From: Amoebophrya sp. A120
Taxonomy: Eukaryota; Protista; Dinoflagellata
Assembly: GCA_905178155.1 (NCBI GenBank)
Contig: CAJINV010000008.1
Coordinates: 2,533,762-2,597,761 of the forward strand
DNA length: 64,000 nucleotides
Direction of reading: 5' to 3'
Positions 38,801-50,684 of this stretch are shown piece by piece (position 1 is the first letter of the stretch; every line of letters starts with the position of its first letter). The position numbers were made by a program, and so were the translations under genes. The notes under the pieces are model-generated. The model saw nothing but the letters and a program-made list of their open reading frames with translations, ran no database searches and was not told the DNA's origin.

Positions 38801-41800
38801 GGTGCACCAAGCGCTCGCCGTTCCGGATTTTGTTTCCCGCGTCACCTCGTCCGCGCAGGTCCTCCTCCTCGCTACTGCGTCCGGTGCTGGTGGGCCCCCA
38901 GCTGCGACTCGTCGAGCCGCCGCCGCCTCCCACCGGACTGCGACTGAAATCATGATCTACTTCGCCCGCGGCCCCAAAGAGCTGCCGTTCCGTCGAGGTG
39001 TGTTTGTGACTCGAGGACGCGGGCGAGACAGAGGAGGACCCGTAGGCCGCGGACTGGTCGGACTGATCTTCGAGCAGCGTGCGCGCGTTGCTCGTCGTGG
39101 TGTTGAACTTGTAGGTCGTGCTGTTGTTGCCGGTATTCTTGTCGTACCCTAGTGCTGGCGCGATCTCCTTCGACGACCGTCCCGAAGTCGTTCTGCTGGA
39201 ATAGTTCCCGGTGGTGGTCACTATCAAATGTAAAAATGTCTGGGTCTGGAAGAATTCACGTTCTTTGTCATGCTTGTCTGGCATGACTCTTAAATCTGTC
39301 ATGCACGTTACCCAAGCGCTCACCTTTTATGTGATGCAGAAGCGCAGTTTGTCATGCAGAATAGGCAACACCTAGGAGCTCAGAAACTTGTCATGCTGAT
39401 CCAGCACTTGTGGCCGCCACATAATACGCCAACCAGCATCACAAGTTTCCAGACCCAGACACTTTTACATTTGATAGTCACGCCAGAGGTGACATTCGAG
39501 TTCGTGTTAGATGAATTCTGCTGCTCGCGTATCCTGAGTAAAAACGTACCCACACCAGACTTGTAATGCAGATTTGCAAAGACAGGAAGACTGGTAATGC
39601 GCATCACCATGAGAGCCATTTCCAATCGTGTTTTGGAATTTGTGATGCTGTGAACAGGATGAGCCGATGAATCTGTGATGCGGCTGCACTTGCTAACCTG
39701 CACTACACTGCAGAGTGCAACTTGTCATGCGTGACTCACAAAACTCCTAGGTTTGTGTTGCAAAATCCCCACTCTGACTCTGGTGTGGGTACGTTTTTAC
39801 TCAGGATATCGCGTCTCTTGTTCTGCCGGACTGCGCCAGACGCGAAGTTGTGTCCGTGGTGCGCACGGCTGCTGTTGTTGTAGTTGTTGTTTGTATCACA
39901 GGAAAAAAGTGTTACAGTTACACATTTGTTGGATTTTCTGCATCACAAAGTTGCTCGACATGACAAATAAAACCTGTGATGCGCAGACTATAAGGGAAAA
40001 CACTAATGAAATGAGGTTGGCAAGTGTTTCCTGCATGACAGAGTTTGTCTGTCTTGCTTGTCTCCAATCAGAGTGTGTAACTGTAACACTTTTTTCTCAG
40101 GATAGTTTGTTGCCTGCGAATACTGCGACGACGGGGTATAACTTTGCAGGTGCGCGTCACATATCACACAGAAAAAAGATGAAAACACACTTGTGCTAGC
40201 ATATTTGAATTTGTACGTGTTGTGCTAGCATATTTGAATCCTACGAGTTTCGAGTAACGCGCGATGCACAACGTCTTGTCCGGCGGGATCGTGATCGTTA
40301 TTTGCTATATTGTACAGATACAAAATTTCCGAGATTGCAATTGGATCTTAGGAAGACGAAGGGGAAGACCTCGTCCTGTCCTGCAAGTACAACTAGGCCC
40401 ACTGCAGTATGTGTATGTCCAAATTACCTTTGAATTTTTACAAACAGCGTCGCACTTCACGAAGATGTCATAGTAGGAGCTCATGGGCTTATTTGACTTT
40501 CTGTGGCATAATATGTTGCGCATGGTGTTGCGGCGCTCCTGCGGCTGAAGCTGCAGAACCTCCTGGACCGGCCCCGGTTCGCGCCGGGCTGACGGAAGAC
40601 GGACCACCGATCCCCGTACTAGTACCGGCATATCGACCAGAAAAGTACATCCCCCCATATCAGAAGTCATGCTGTTTATTTCTGTGTCACAAACACAAAA
40701 ACTATCACTATGCCTTGTGTTAGCTATTGAGCATGACAATTCTTTTGAAGGCTTTTGTCACTCTCGCGGATCAGCATAGTGACAGAAAAATAGCAACGCA
40801 ACTTCTTTTCTTTCTGGTATGGGTGTGCAGCTTATTTCCTCTAGAATACGCCACTAGCACCGCTAAAGTTGTTTCCCTGCTTGTTCTGGTGATGAGGCGG
40901 GTGCGCGCTCGAAGAAGGCCCCCCTACCACGTTTTTCTTCGCTGGCTTCGAAATTCCGTACAGCCCCATATTAGGAATGAACTCCTCATCCTCCTCCACG
41001 GATCTGGCCTGTGAAGATGAAAACAAGTCCTATCAGTATCAAACGCCTATTTCTGGCATTAGAGGACACAAGATGGTTCTGAAGTAAGATCAAAATCCTA
41101 ACCAAAGATGACTCTTTCTCTTTCTACAAGCTCCAGTTCCACCGCAGAAGCGAATCGTTCAAAATTTCAATTTGATGCAGCGAAGCTGCGATTAAATGAT
41201 TCCCCTAGCTCCTCGAGTTTTTCGTTCTCATGCCCATAATCATACACATACGATACTCCTGGAAGTAAGTACTCAGAGCGGAAATGGATAGAACTTTTCG
41301 TTTTCATTTTCATAAGGGTCGCATGTTGCGCATCTGTTGCGCCACACTCGGCATTTCTTTCGAGGAGTTGGTCTTCGACGAGAGGTCGTACCGATCCCGC
41401 ATATGAGGGCTCCCATTCCGCCCGCCGCTGCAACCCTCGCTCGAGTTGTGTTTGTCGCTGTCAGAAAAGTCGTGGGAACTCTTTGACGTTTTGTTTGTGT
41501 AGCTTTTCCGATTCGAAGGAACAGATGACGCAGCACCAACGGGTGGACCACGACCGCTAACAGCTTCCTTATTTCCGACACTCTTTTCCTGATGCACAGC
41601 CGCAGTTTCCGCTCCCGGACCTCCACTTCCGACACTGCCCTTTCCTGCGCCACCGCATAAACCCCGCCCTGTGGTAACGGACTTTTTGTGCTGCTGCTGC
41701 TGGTGTGCAACGTTGCTGGTCGCTCGATCCCGACTTTGATGCCGAATGTTGCTGGGAAGTTGATATAAGCGTGCAGGTGCACATCACCTCCCCCTCGATA

Positions 41801-44334
41801 CCCTCATTTGCGTGATACCAACAGCAACACAAGCGTTTTTGGGGTTGATAAAGCAAAGGAAGCTGCAGGAGCTTTTGCATGACAAATTCGTATAACATGA
41901 TTCTAGTGCTGTTTCGGCTCCCGGAATATGCCATGCAAACAGTGCCACAAGGCAGCGAGAGCGGCCCGACCGGAAATTAATGGAATTGACTTTTTGCATG
42001 ACAAATTATAAGGGGGGCGAGGCAGGTTGATGTGCACTCTCTTCATAGTTGCTCAGGGTCCGACATCGAGCAGCTGGTCTCTTTGGACGTAGACTGCTGC
42101 TGATTCTGCTGCATGTAATTATGGTACGAGTCCTGAGTTTGCTGCAGCTGCTGCTGTGTTCCTCCTCCTGATCCTCCTGCTTGTTGCACGACGCTGCGAC
42201 CAGTTGCACTATAATTTCCCCGTATGACGATCGGGCCGCCTGCTCCTGCTGCGACGTCAAGATGCATCTGTTGTTGCGGATCGCCCATCCCCTGCTGTTG
42301 ACCGCGCTCCTTGCTGTCGTCGCGCCATAGTTGGTCCGGACTCAGAATTGGGAAACCAGCTCCCGGCTCCCCCGCGCCTGCGCCCCCCGTCGGGTCCTCG
42401 ACGCTCGCCTGCACTGTGGCCAGCACCTGCTGCATCTTCTTCTGCTCCTTGTTGCCCCCGCCGAAGATCCGAAACGACGTCGACCGCTGGTTGCTGCGCC
42501 GCATGCCGTCCAAGGTTGCTATCCCAAGCGAAAAAGCGTGCGTGCGCGGTGGATTACTTATTTGGTTGCCGAAGAAATTTCTTTACAGTGCTTTTGAGTG
42601 CAGCATTTCTATCTTTCGAGTGGAGTCGCGCTTTTCATCATTTTCTAGCTGGTGCGCATCTAGGTCTGGGGTGCTCGATATTGAAGACACGAACCATTTT
42701 TGTAGAAATATTGCGCCTTCCACCGTATCTGCAATATGCGAATCGTTGTAGACGGTCCATGCTTCATCTTTGCACCAAGAATGTAGTCATGCTTGTGGCG
42801 TGAAACAAAATGCAATCCAGAAGCCACGGAAAATGAAAATCAAGCTCCTGCCACACTAAAAAATGCGCACACGCCCTTCCGGCTTCCGGGGAGATAATTG
42901 TAGTGTTCGGACTGTTGGCATTGACACCGCCGGGATGATTCGCGCCTCCCGCTCCCGACATCGCTCCACCAACATTGATATGGATTGCAAAAATGTATGG
43001 GTCTGGAAAAATGCCAGTTTTGTCATGCTCTGCTAGCATGACTGTCAAGCCTGTCATGCAAGGTACCCAAAAGCGCCACTTTTGTGTCATGCAAAAACCC
43101 AGTTTCTCATGCAGAATACGCAACACCAAGCGACTCAAAAACCTGTCATGCTGAGCCGTCATTTCTGGCGTTCTCTTGATTCGCCAACCAGCATCACAAG
43201 TTTCCAGACCCAGACATTTTTGCAATTCATAATTGAGCATGTTTCCGGTCGCCCCCATCACGACTCCCCCCGATTGGTGCAGCCCCGATATCAAATGTAA
43301 AAATGTCTGGGTCTGGAAGAATCCAACTTGTCATGCTGATTTTGGATTCTAAAAAAATCTGCATTGCATGAGCAGCAAAGAGAGTCCAAGTTTTGCAACA
43401 CGGCAAGAGCATTTGTCATGCGGTATAGGCATCAGGAAGCCCTCACAAAATCTGTGATGCTAGGGCATGCATCACAGACATCAGGAATCATGCAAAATGT
43501 GCATGACAAACCTGGCAATCTTCCAGACCCAGACATTTTTACATTTCATACCCGAGCCGCCTACCCCACTGATCATACCCGTATTGCCCACCCCAAAGCC
43601 CCCGGTGGGCTCGTTTCGGGCGGCCATGGTGCTGCGCCGTACGTTGTTACCAAACCCGCCTGGCTGCTGCTGGTGATGCCCGGGCACCACGAGCTGCTGC
43701 TGCTGCCGCGGTATGCAAGTTGGAAAACTTCTACGCGTTTCTGTCCTGGTGGCTGGGGGTGGAACTAAAAGGCTTCATCGCGGACCAATCATGTACCACT
43801 GTGAGTTCTTCTTTGTTTTGTGTTGTAGTCAAGAAACCCATGTCAATGCCTCCCACCAAAAGACCTTTATCAGCACGACGCTGTACTTTCTTGTATCATG
43901 TGTACCCTGAAATCATATTGTGCATTTTGCGATGTGCTACTACGGAAAAAATGCATATAGATGTATGAACGAAACGCCGCACTCCCGCAATCCTGTCGGA
44001 TTCGAAAGCACGTGCTTCCTTGCCTCATGCACGATCGCTCTGTGATTTTAGCGAAGACAGAGGGACAAAGACAAACCGAAATGGAAATCGCTGTCGCAAA
44101 TCAAATATAACAACAACATCCGCATCGCAATTCTTGAAGCCTACTTCCCCGGACCCAGACGCATGCACATCCGTACAATTTTCCAGGCTGGATACGCATG
44201 CGCTCCAGCTCGAACCGCATGCGCTCCAGCTCGTCCGCGAGCGCCTGGTGCTTGTCATCGTCCGGAGAGGTAGACGAGTGGTGGTGCTGCACGTTCGACT
44301 GTTGGGGTGCGAACCCGGAGTAGTTGTCACTCAT
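23848..44334 (-). CDS. Very large multi-exon hypothetical protein: long low-complexity region and a C-terminal multi-pass transmembrane region
   Basis: The minus-strand ORFs from 44101-44352 down to 23848-24093 can be chained in frame by removing more than 20 TIR elements and a few GT-AG introns. A few joins (~40150-40510, ~34790-34880, ~24440-24705) were not resolved, so two genes cannot be excluded. Confidence 0.6.
24946..25298. mobile_element. Eroded family A introner
   Basis: ATGTCTGGGTC(T/C)GG at both ends; flanks CGGCG/CGTCG; join ATAT|GADPG. Confidence 0.75.
25912..26197. mobile_element. Eroded family-B-like introner
   Basis: TATCCTCAGGAAAAAC / rc TATCCTGGTGAAAAAC; flanks AGCCG/ATCCG; join EGG|SRRQLGDV. 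Confidence 0.78.
26405..26688. mobile_element. Eroded family B introner
   Basis: TATCCTATGTAAAAACG / rc TATCTTGAGTGAAGACG; flanks TGGCA/CGACA; join QLS|GITFF. Confidence 0.75.
26829..27176. mobile_element. Eroded family-A-like introner
   Basis: ATGTCCGGGT near both ends; flanks AAGCG/GAACG; join LTAF|LVLTYF. Confidence 0.65.
30255..30489. mobile_element. TIR introner, family F
   Basis: ~40-bp perfect TIR TATGGGGTTCTCAAACGTTACATTCTCAACTGTTACATGA; perfect TSD GCGTT; join SSN|APGPT. Confidence 0.95.
31335..31548. mobile_element. Eroded family-C-like introner
   Basis: TGTCCAAGGAAAAAACTGTC / rc TATCGCGGGAACAAATTGTC; flanks GTCCC/GTCTC; in-frame join. Confidence 0.7.
32212..32366. mobile_element. 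Short hairpin TIR introner, family G (155 bp)
   Basis: TGCAAAAGTATCGTACTCGTA(C/T)AAATGC in both arms; perfect TSD ACGAA; join RTS|FSSSNG. Confidence 0.92.
33220..33499. mobile_element. TIR introner, family B
   Basis: Perfect TIR TATCCTGAGTAAAAACGTACCCACACCA; perfect TSD TCGTA; join PFY|ECGLF. Confidence 0.95.
33540..33849. mobile_element. TIR introner, family H
   Basis: TATTACA(A/G)TGAAAAA...CACCCC at both ends; perfect TSD CTTGG; join QLAK|RSWMM. Confidence 0.9.
33909..34103. mobile_element. Eroded TIR introner
   Basis: TAT...CTTTGC(A/G)AAACTA at both ends; flanks CTCCA/CTGCA; in-frame join. Confidence 0.65.
34237..34433. mobile_element. Eroded TIR introner
   Basis: TATCCTGCGAAAAACCATCGCGCT vs rc TATGCAGAACAAAAGTATCGTGCT; flanks TATTT/TATTC; join QRN|TVG. 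Confidence 0.7.
35594..35844. mobile_element. TIR introner, family A
   Basis: Family A TIRs; flanks TCACC/TCTTC (TCACC recurs 3 nt further out); in-frame join. Confidence 0.88.
38127..38302. mobile_element. Eroded TIR introner
   Basis: TATGCATCGCAAAAT / rc TATCTTGTGCAAAAAT; flanks TGCTT/TGGTT; join SET|NDRSAA. Confidence 0.68.
39222..39476. mobile_element. TIR introner, family A
   Basis: Perfect TSD GTCAC; opposite orientation to the 5947-6201 copy. Confidence 0.95.
39530..39808. mobile_element. TIR introner, family B
   Basis: Perfect TIR; perfect TSD TCGCG. Confidence 0.95.
39894..40104. mobile_element. TIR introner, family C
   Basis: TATC...GAAAAAAGTGTTACAGTTACAC at both ends; perfect TSD GTTTG. 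Confidence 0.93.
40631..40848. mobile_element. Eroded TIR introner
   Basis: TAT...ATA ends; flanks CGGCA/CGCCA; join ASG|GTSTG. Confidence 0.6.
41010..41314. mobile_element. Eroded TIR introner
   Basis: TGTGAAGATGAAAACAAGTCCTATC vs rc TATGAAAATGAAAACGAAAAGTTCTATC; TSD largely lost; phase compatible. Confidence 0.65.
41764..42047. mobile_element. Eroded TIR introner
   Basis: TAT...GTGCACATCA at both ends; flanks GTTGA/GTTGC; in-frame join. Confidence 0.7.
42520..42896. mobile_element. Eroded TIR introner
   Basis: TATC...GCGTG(CG)TGCGC at both ends; flanks GTTGC/ATTGT; in-frame join. Confidence 0.62.
42979..43231. mobile_element. TIR introner, family A variant
   Basis: TATG(G/A)ATTGCAAAAATGT(A/C)TGGGTCTGGAAA TIRs; perfect TSD ATTGA. 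Confidence 0.93.
43289..43550. mobile_element. TIR introner, family A
   Basis: Family A TIRs; perfect TSD CCCGA. Confidence 0.95.
43712..44194. mobile_element. Eroded TIR introner (483 bp)
   Basis: TATGCAAGTTGGAAAACTTCTACG vs rc TATCCAGCCTGGAAAATTGTACG; flanks CGCGG/CGCAT; join ERM|RQQQL. Confidence 0.7.
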
Positions 44335-45958
44335 TTTCGACAAAATAATCAAAGATAAAACTAGAAGATCAAGATTAGCAGGGAAAAATCAGAAATAAAA
44401 ATTTATTCAGCTTAAGCACTTTCTTCAAAGTCGAACTAAGACCTCGAGCGATCGAAGAAACACACCTACAGTAAACGGTGGAGCTGTGCCAATTATTATT
44501 CTTCAGGTTCAACTTCTCTTTGCTTCAGGGAATCGTGGTCAGACCGATGAAAGTTGAAGTAGAAAAAAACAAATGCACCGCCGAGTGCGGTTGCGCTCCT
44601 CACACCTCCTGCAACGGTAGGAATAGTTTCTTCGAATACTTTATTTACCTTGCCCAAGGTGCTTGTGGTGAAGAAAAAAAGGACCAGAATCGATTGCATG
44701 CTTGGCACAACAATCGGGGATGTAAATGTAGGTGCTCAGGAACAACTTCTACCGAATAAAGACAGAGAAAACTACCACACCAACAGCGCTCAACACGAAA
44801 CAGGACAAAACATTACCAAAAAGCTTCGACTTGAAGGACCGACAAGGAATGTCACTAAACCGAAAAAACGACTTGACACAGACTGCTGGTACTCATAGAT
44901 CAATTGCAATACCCAAAGCCGGGCACTTTCTTGCTTTAATATCAATGTTTCTGACTGGAACAGGAAGATTCACCGACTCCGACGTCGAGCACTGTTCATC
45001 CACAACAGAAAACAAGATGAACCAAAATCCTTTCTCTTCATCGCATGCAAAAACAGTCACGAAACACCTGCCGACACACGGCACACTCCTGTCTTGCGCC
45101 TCAAAGAGCACAGGCTGGCTCCTCGTATTTGAGGTGAGTAAAACCGCGACGCGCGTAGAGAGAACACAATCCACAGGATCTCCACCTTCCTGCTGGTTCC
45201 TACGGGCATAAACCTGCCACCGAAACACAATACTTCGCCGATCTTTCATGATAACCTGCCTGGCATTCCATCGGGGAGATGGAAAGCCACGTCGAATCTT
45301 TGTTTTAAAATCGGAAATCCAAATACTGTATCCTCAAGGATTATTTCCACACTTTTTCGATCTTAATCATTGGGGATGACATTCATGGCACGTTGAATTC
45401 GAAGTCGCGCAAGACGAGCTTGCAACGAAACTCGAATTCAACGAATGTTGTGTGACCGAAAAGTTCTGGAAGATGCTGGGAGCAGTGGAATCGAGAAACA
45501 TGATTCTGCGTCATTTTTATTTGCAAGAAAAAAAAGTTCAGTCGTTAGTTTAAGTTTTATAGTTTAATACGTATAGAAATTCGTGTAAAAGAATATTAGG
45601 CTCCTTGAAAATGTATTTAATTATAATGAGTACATGATCCTTAGTGTGTCATATTTTTAGCTACTTCTTCGCACAAGAAAGCAAAAATCCCTCGCATACT
45701 CGACAGTGCCACTTAGAAACTTTACATAGGAACAATCTTCCTTCAAACGTAACTGATCGTATCGAATGAATGTGAATTTATAAAGACACGCGATGATGTT
45801 GATGAAAACCAATAAACAATTTATCGTGACCAAGAGAACGTTGAAATAAGTGCTGACCTACTCAATTGTACTAGACGTAGAAGACGAAAGTCGCAAACGC
45901 AACAACACTGATCGAAGATGAGAGCGTCCTCTCAGTGCGACCAGCACGACTGAGCACG

Positions 45959-47904
45959 TCACGCGACTTGCAAGAAAGACCGGTTGGCAGCACGACCGGT
46001 GGAGCCGTGCTGCCGAGAATTCGTCCCCGTTTGCGCAATGTGCAAATTCAATTTGGCTTTGAGACGCTCGACATCGTTGTGCAATTGCTTGGCGAGTTCT
46101 ACCAGAGACTGGTGGTGGTCCGTGACGTGCTTCTGCAAGTACTCTTCGAGGTTCCGTTATCAAAGGGAAAAATCCCCCCTCCCCATATCGAAATGGAAAT
46201 CTGTGATGCAGGATTTGGCTACACAAATCGGACTTGTCTTGCAGTAAGGCATCGCAGCCAGGTCCTCGGCCTAGGTAGGGGCGTATAGGTCTAGTTGCTT
46301 AGCATTGCAAACGGGTGCCCCCTAGGCGCAACAGCATGCCAAATCGCTTCCATAATGGTGCGGAAGCCTCTGCGCCTGTCTTCTTGCAAGACAGACGTGA
46401 TTTGTGACCTCAAATCAGCAACACAAATTTTCGGAAACATACCTTTTCGATATGGGGAGGGGGGATTTTTCCTCAGAATATCCGTTGAGTCTCCGTTTGT
46501 TCCGTTTCCACGTAGGTTTTCACCCCTTGAATCTCCTTCTCGACGTGAGTAAGCATCCTTTGCACTTCCTGAGCCACATTATACTCCTCGCCGACATGTT
46601 GATCCTTCTGCGGTGGTCTGGTGGCCACGTACAACTGGTCGCCCCCATGTTGATCCTTCTCGTCCCACCCGGTGCCCGTGCCCAGGGACCGCGCCGAATG
46701 GAGTTGAGTTTCGTCCGTGGTGCCGTCCTTTTCATTTGGGACGAGTACAGTCGATTCTGGACTTGCAGCTCTCTCCAATTCCAGCAGCGACGGCGCTTCC
46801 GGGACGAGCTGCGCGGGTTCATGGGTCGTGGCGCTGGCGTTCGTGACCTGCACAAAAGATGTGCTGCTTGTTGTACCGACTGAGCTCGGCTGCAGAGAAT
46901 TCGTCTGCAGGGGCCCGCTGTGCAGCGTGTGGTCCAATTTCGCCTCGAGGCTCTTCATGTCGCCACGCAACTCCGCGGCTAGCTGCGAAACGGACTGATG
47001 AAATTCCGTCACGTATTTGTGCACGTAGTCTGCGAGGTTGTGCCAATTCGCGGTTTGTTCGTCTGCCACGTATTGTCTCATTTCTTTCACTCGTTCATTC
47101 ACAAACTGGTCGCCCGCGTTCTTCTGCTCGTCCACGTGGTTGGATATATCGGACAACCACTTGTCCACAAAGTCGACGAGGAGGTCTTGCGCAGAATTCA
47201 TTGGAATTTGCTCCCTGGTGCCAGCCCTGTAGTTCCTCACGATCACGGTCGGACTTCCGCTCGTCAGTCCCACTAGCGAAGCGGCGTGGTGGGTTCGTGT
47301 CGTGACTAAACCCGCGGCGGCCGCCCCGCCACCACTCGACCCCACGGCCCGCGGACTTTCATTGTCGCTTGGTCCAGCGGGTTCTTCTTGCGACTCAAAG
47401 GCGCTGCTTGTGTTTGCTGCGGTGCTCGTGCTGCTCAGACCACCATCTTCAAGATTGACTTATCGTGGCGAACAGAAGAGATACCGAGCCCCTAGACCTC
47501 TGGCTCTTTCCTCGTCGTGACAATGTAGCGGGCCGAGGCCGACTACTCTTTGTATTGATTTGACGCAGCAGAGCTGATGGTGCCCTGCATGCTTGTCAAC
47601 AAGGTATGGTAGGTTTTTTTCATATTTCTATTGCGGAGCCTCTTCTTCGTGAAAATGATTCGCATTCGCGGCAATTGCTGCAACGCGGCCTATTTACAAA
47701 CATAAACTATGCAAGCAGGTGCAGCAAACCAGAAATACTTAACCTAAAGTTCTTGCGGTCATCGATATCAAATTTCTCACGACGTACTGTTGAGGGGGAG
47801 TCATTGCCGCAACATCCTCGTTCCAGCAGCGACGTTTCGGGGAGATCTGGCGATATGCCTGACCTTTTCTCCGTAAAACTGGTCCCCGCCATGGGACGGT
47901 GCAT
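45959..47904 (-). CDS. Hypothetical protein with two internal helical repeats
   Basis: ORF 46473-47345 continues in frame after 46158-46480 (TQR|NLEEYLQKHVTDHHQSLVELAKQLHNDVERLKAKL...SFLQVA*), mirroring the earlier NLADYVHKYVTEFHQSVSQLAAELRGDMKSLEAKL. The 5' exon (via a weak element at 47461-47855) is uncertain. Confidence 0.65.
46158..46480. mobile_element. TIR introner, family I
   Basis: TIR core GAAAAATCCCCCCTCCCCATATCGAAA; perfect TSD TCCGT; homologous to 60605-60930. Confidence 0.95.
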
Positions 47905-48507
47905 GAGTGGTAGTGTGTGCGTCCGATCACCAAAAGCATCATTGCCCGACCGCCCCAGTTATCGCGCAGAACAAAAACACCGAGCCCTAATTGCATTAAT
48001 TCTTATTCCAGTTGATATCTACGCCTACTCCATCAGACGGCCGAGCCTGCCCTGCCCGGACTAAAGCAACAGCTGTGTCCACTTCTTCTGAAAACAGAAG
48101 GGCTCCTTCAGTTGCTGTAAAATGAGTCGGCAAGCGTACCTTCTCTGTCTTTCGCTTTTCCACGCTAAGCATACTATTCTACTCCTCATGTTGCAAGATT
48201 TATAAATATGCAAAATTTGGTGAAGCGAGCCACAAGAACGTTGTACTCTGCAAAGGAATCGGAATGAGAATCTGCGATTCGGGTATCTGTCTCAAATTTT
48301 TCGCTTGATATGGACACTTGTGGTCGTGCCCTAACCGGAGAGGCTACCGATCGGAGCATGGCTTGTTTTTCAGGAGAATCAGGACCCTGTTCGTGGTGGA
48401 AGGACTTAAGATGATAACCATGTGAGATATCAAGACAATCACAGGCTGAATTTCGAACTCGTCCGAAGCTTGCCACTTAAATGATATGCCAAGAAGACAA
48501 AAGCGAA

Positions 48508-48530
48508 ATCATCATCATCATCATCATCAT
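48508..48530. repeat. (ATC)n microsatellite
   Basis: About 7 tandem ATC units. Confidence 0.8.
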
Positions 48531-50258
48531 CGTCTATCCTGCACTGGAAAGGCGTGCATGAGGTTTAGGGTCCTGCTCGAAAGACAAAAAAAGGATAGAA
48601 AAGCAAAATGGCGCACTCCCACTTTAACAAAGCAACTAGTGTCATCATCATGTCGTAACCCATGCCAAAAAAGCACAGATGCGTACTTACCGGCAAGCCA
48701 TCGCCAAGTGACTGCGCCAAGCCAAAGCGCCCATTTGTACTAGGTGCACTACTCGCCGCCGACACTTCCACTTGCGTTTGCCCTGGACGCGTCCCGCGGC
48801 TTTCGCTCCTGGTGCTCCGAGTTGCGCCAAAAGATGAAACATGGTGTGGGGGCCCGCGGCCGGCTCCACCTCCTCCAGCAACATCATCATCATGTCTTGC
48901 CTCTTTCCTTGCTTGAGTTTCACGGCGAGCACCACGTATAGGAACAGATGCAGAGCGCTGTAATCATGAAATTTTGCACCATGTTTGTGATCGAAGTTGT
49001 TGTTTTCTTTGTCTGAGCAGATGATGTGAATGGTGGTATGCGCATGCGAAGTCACGATTCTTTCGGTTCCGGATCTACCCAGAGGCTGAGATAAATTTCA
49101 AGCATGTATCCGTTGAAACACGGACCTGATCCAGAATGCTCCTCGTCACTGTTTATGTAAACTAAGTGAACTTCTGCAAAAGGAGACTAGTAAACAGGCC
49201 GATGCTCTTCAAGGAAAGCACGCAAATAGCGGAAGATGAAGATCTCCAAGAACTTGATATATCATACATAAAGCAAATATATCGTACACACAAACATTTT
49301 TAAGGGATCCGACGTGAAAATAAAGAACTGGCGCGCGAGCAAACACAGCCCTAGCCGACCGAGTGAATAGTAGTCATTTCCATCATGAGCACTTCTTTCA
49401 GCTAGCATACAGCTGCTAAGCACTCTTTTTACGTACCTGTTGCGATTCGCCGAGCATTGTAGTGCGAGAGCTTTCGACCGGTCCCCACTCCGAAGGCCCA
49501 GACCCTTGGCGCGCTTTTGATTTTGGTCTCGGCGGTCCATTGAACGCGGTCACAGGCGGATTGGCCTGCAGTGGTGGTTTTGGCAAATCGAAATTGTATT
49601 TCTATTTTCCGCTGTCTCCTGTGCAAACAAAGCCTGACACGACAGTTACGATCGCAAAGAGTGAACGCCTCTGCATGATCATAATCATCTAACTGCATTG
49701 TCGGGAGCGTGCAATGGCTTGGGTCCTGGTTCTACTTCAAGTGTTTGCATGTCTTAGTCAGGGCACAGCAAGACATGCTACGATTAGTGGAGTTTCGTGT
49801 TCATCTAGTATAATCCAAAACCAAATGCCAATCTGGGTCATTGCATTGATTAATGTGCTCAGGATAAAAAAAGAACAAGGACCCAAAAGCGACCAACTCA
49901 CGACGGAGCTACTTCGAGACAGCCAGGACATCGCTAAGACAGCCAAAGTCAAAGAAATTGCAGACTGCCACTGCGCGGCACAGGAATACGAAATTGTGCC
50001 TCCGCTACCCCCATGTGGAAACGAATGTCGCAGTGTTCGCTATGCGCGAACTCGAAATTGCCCCGTGAAGATTTTTCGGGCCTTCTTCTTGCAACTGCAG
50101 TTGACTGGATTCGCAAGAACCCTTTTTATTACTTACGCTTGGCAGAACAAGAACGGGATCAGCTCGCAACGGAGCTGCACCAAGCCAGTCCAGATTTTTT
50201 TCTTAGAAGGTAGAGACCCTTGACCTTCTTGCGCGGTTTCTTTAGTATTGAAGTACGT

Positions 50259-50684
50259 CTACAAACACCTACACGACCACGACGCATGATGCGCAGATAT
50301 GTATATATTTTTATAAAGCATAATTTGTACCGCTGACCGTGACTCTCCGAGCGCAACTCCAGGTGGCGGCGAAATCGTGTTCGTCGTCCTGCAACCTCCC
50401 GCTGTCGTTCCTCCTGCAGCACCAGGCCCCCGATTTTGTGTCACGAGGGACGCCGTCTGCTGCCCCCCGCCCATGATCTTCAGCTCGCGAACTTGGTTCT
50501 TCAAAGACTCAATTTCCTCCTTCAAGCCCGCGACGCTTTATTCAGCCGTTCTTGGATCGCTTTGGCGGCCGTGAACCTGGCTCTTCAACGACGCCACCTC
50601 CTTGTTGAGTCCGCCTGCCAAGGCCGTGACTTGCTCCTTCAGATCGGCGATCTCTTTCGCTTGCTCATCGACGATTTCACTCAT
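50259..50684 (-). CDS. Small coiled-coil protein
   Basis: Two same-frame heptad-rich ORFs (MSEIVDEQAKEIADLKEQV...; LKEEIESLKNQVRELK) separated by one TAA. The 3' end is uncertain. Confidence 0.55.

Noticed and set aside
40192-40239. 19-bp local duplication TGTGCTAGCATATTTGAAT
   Set aside because: Looks like a simple intronic slippage duplication.
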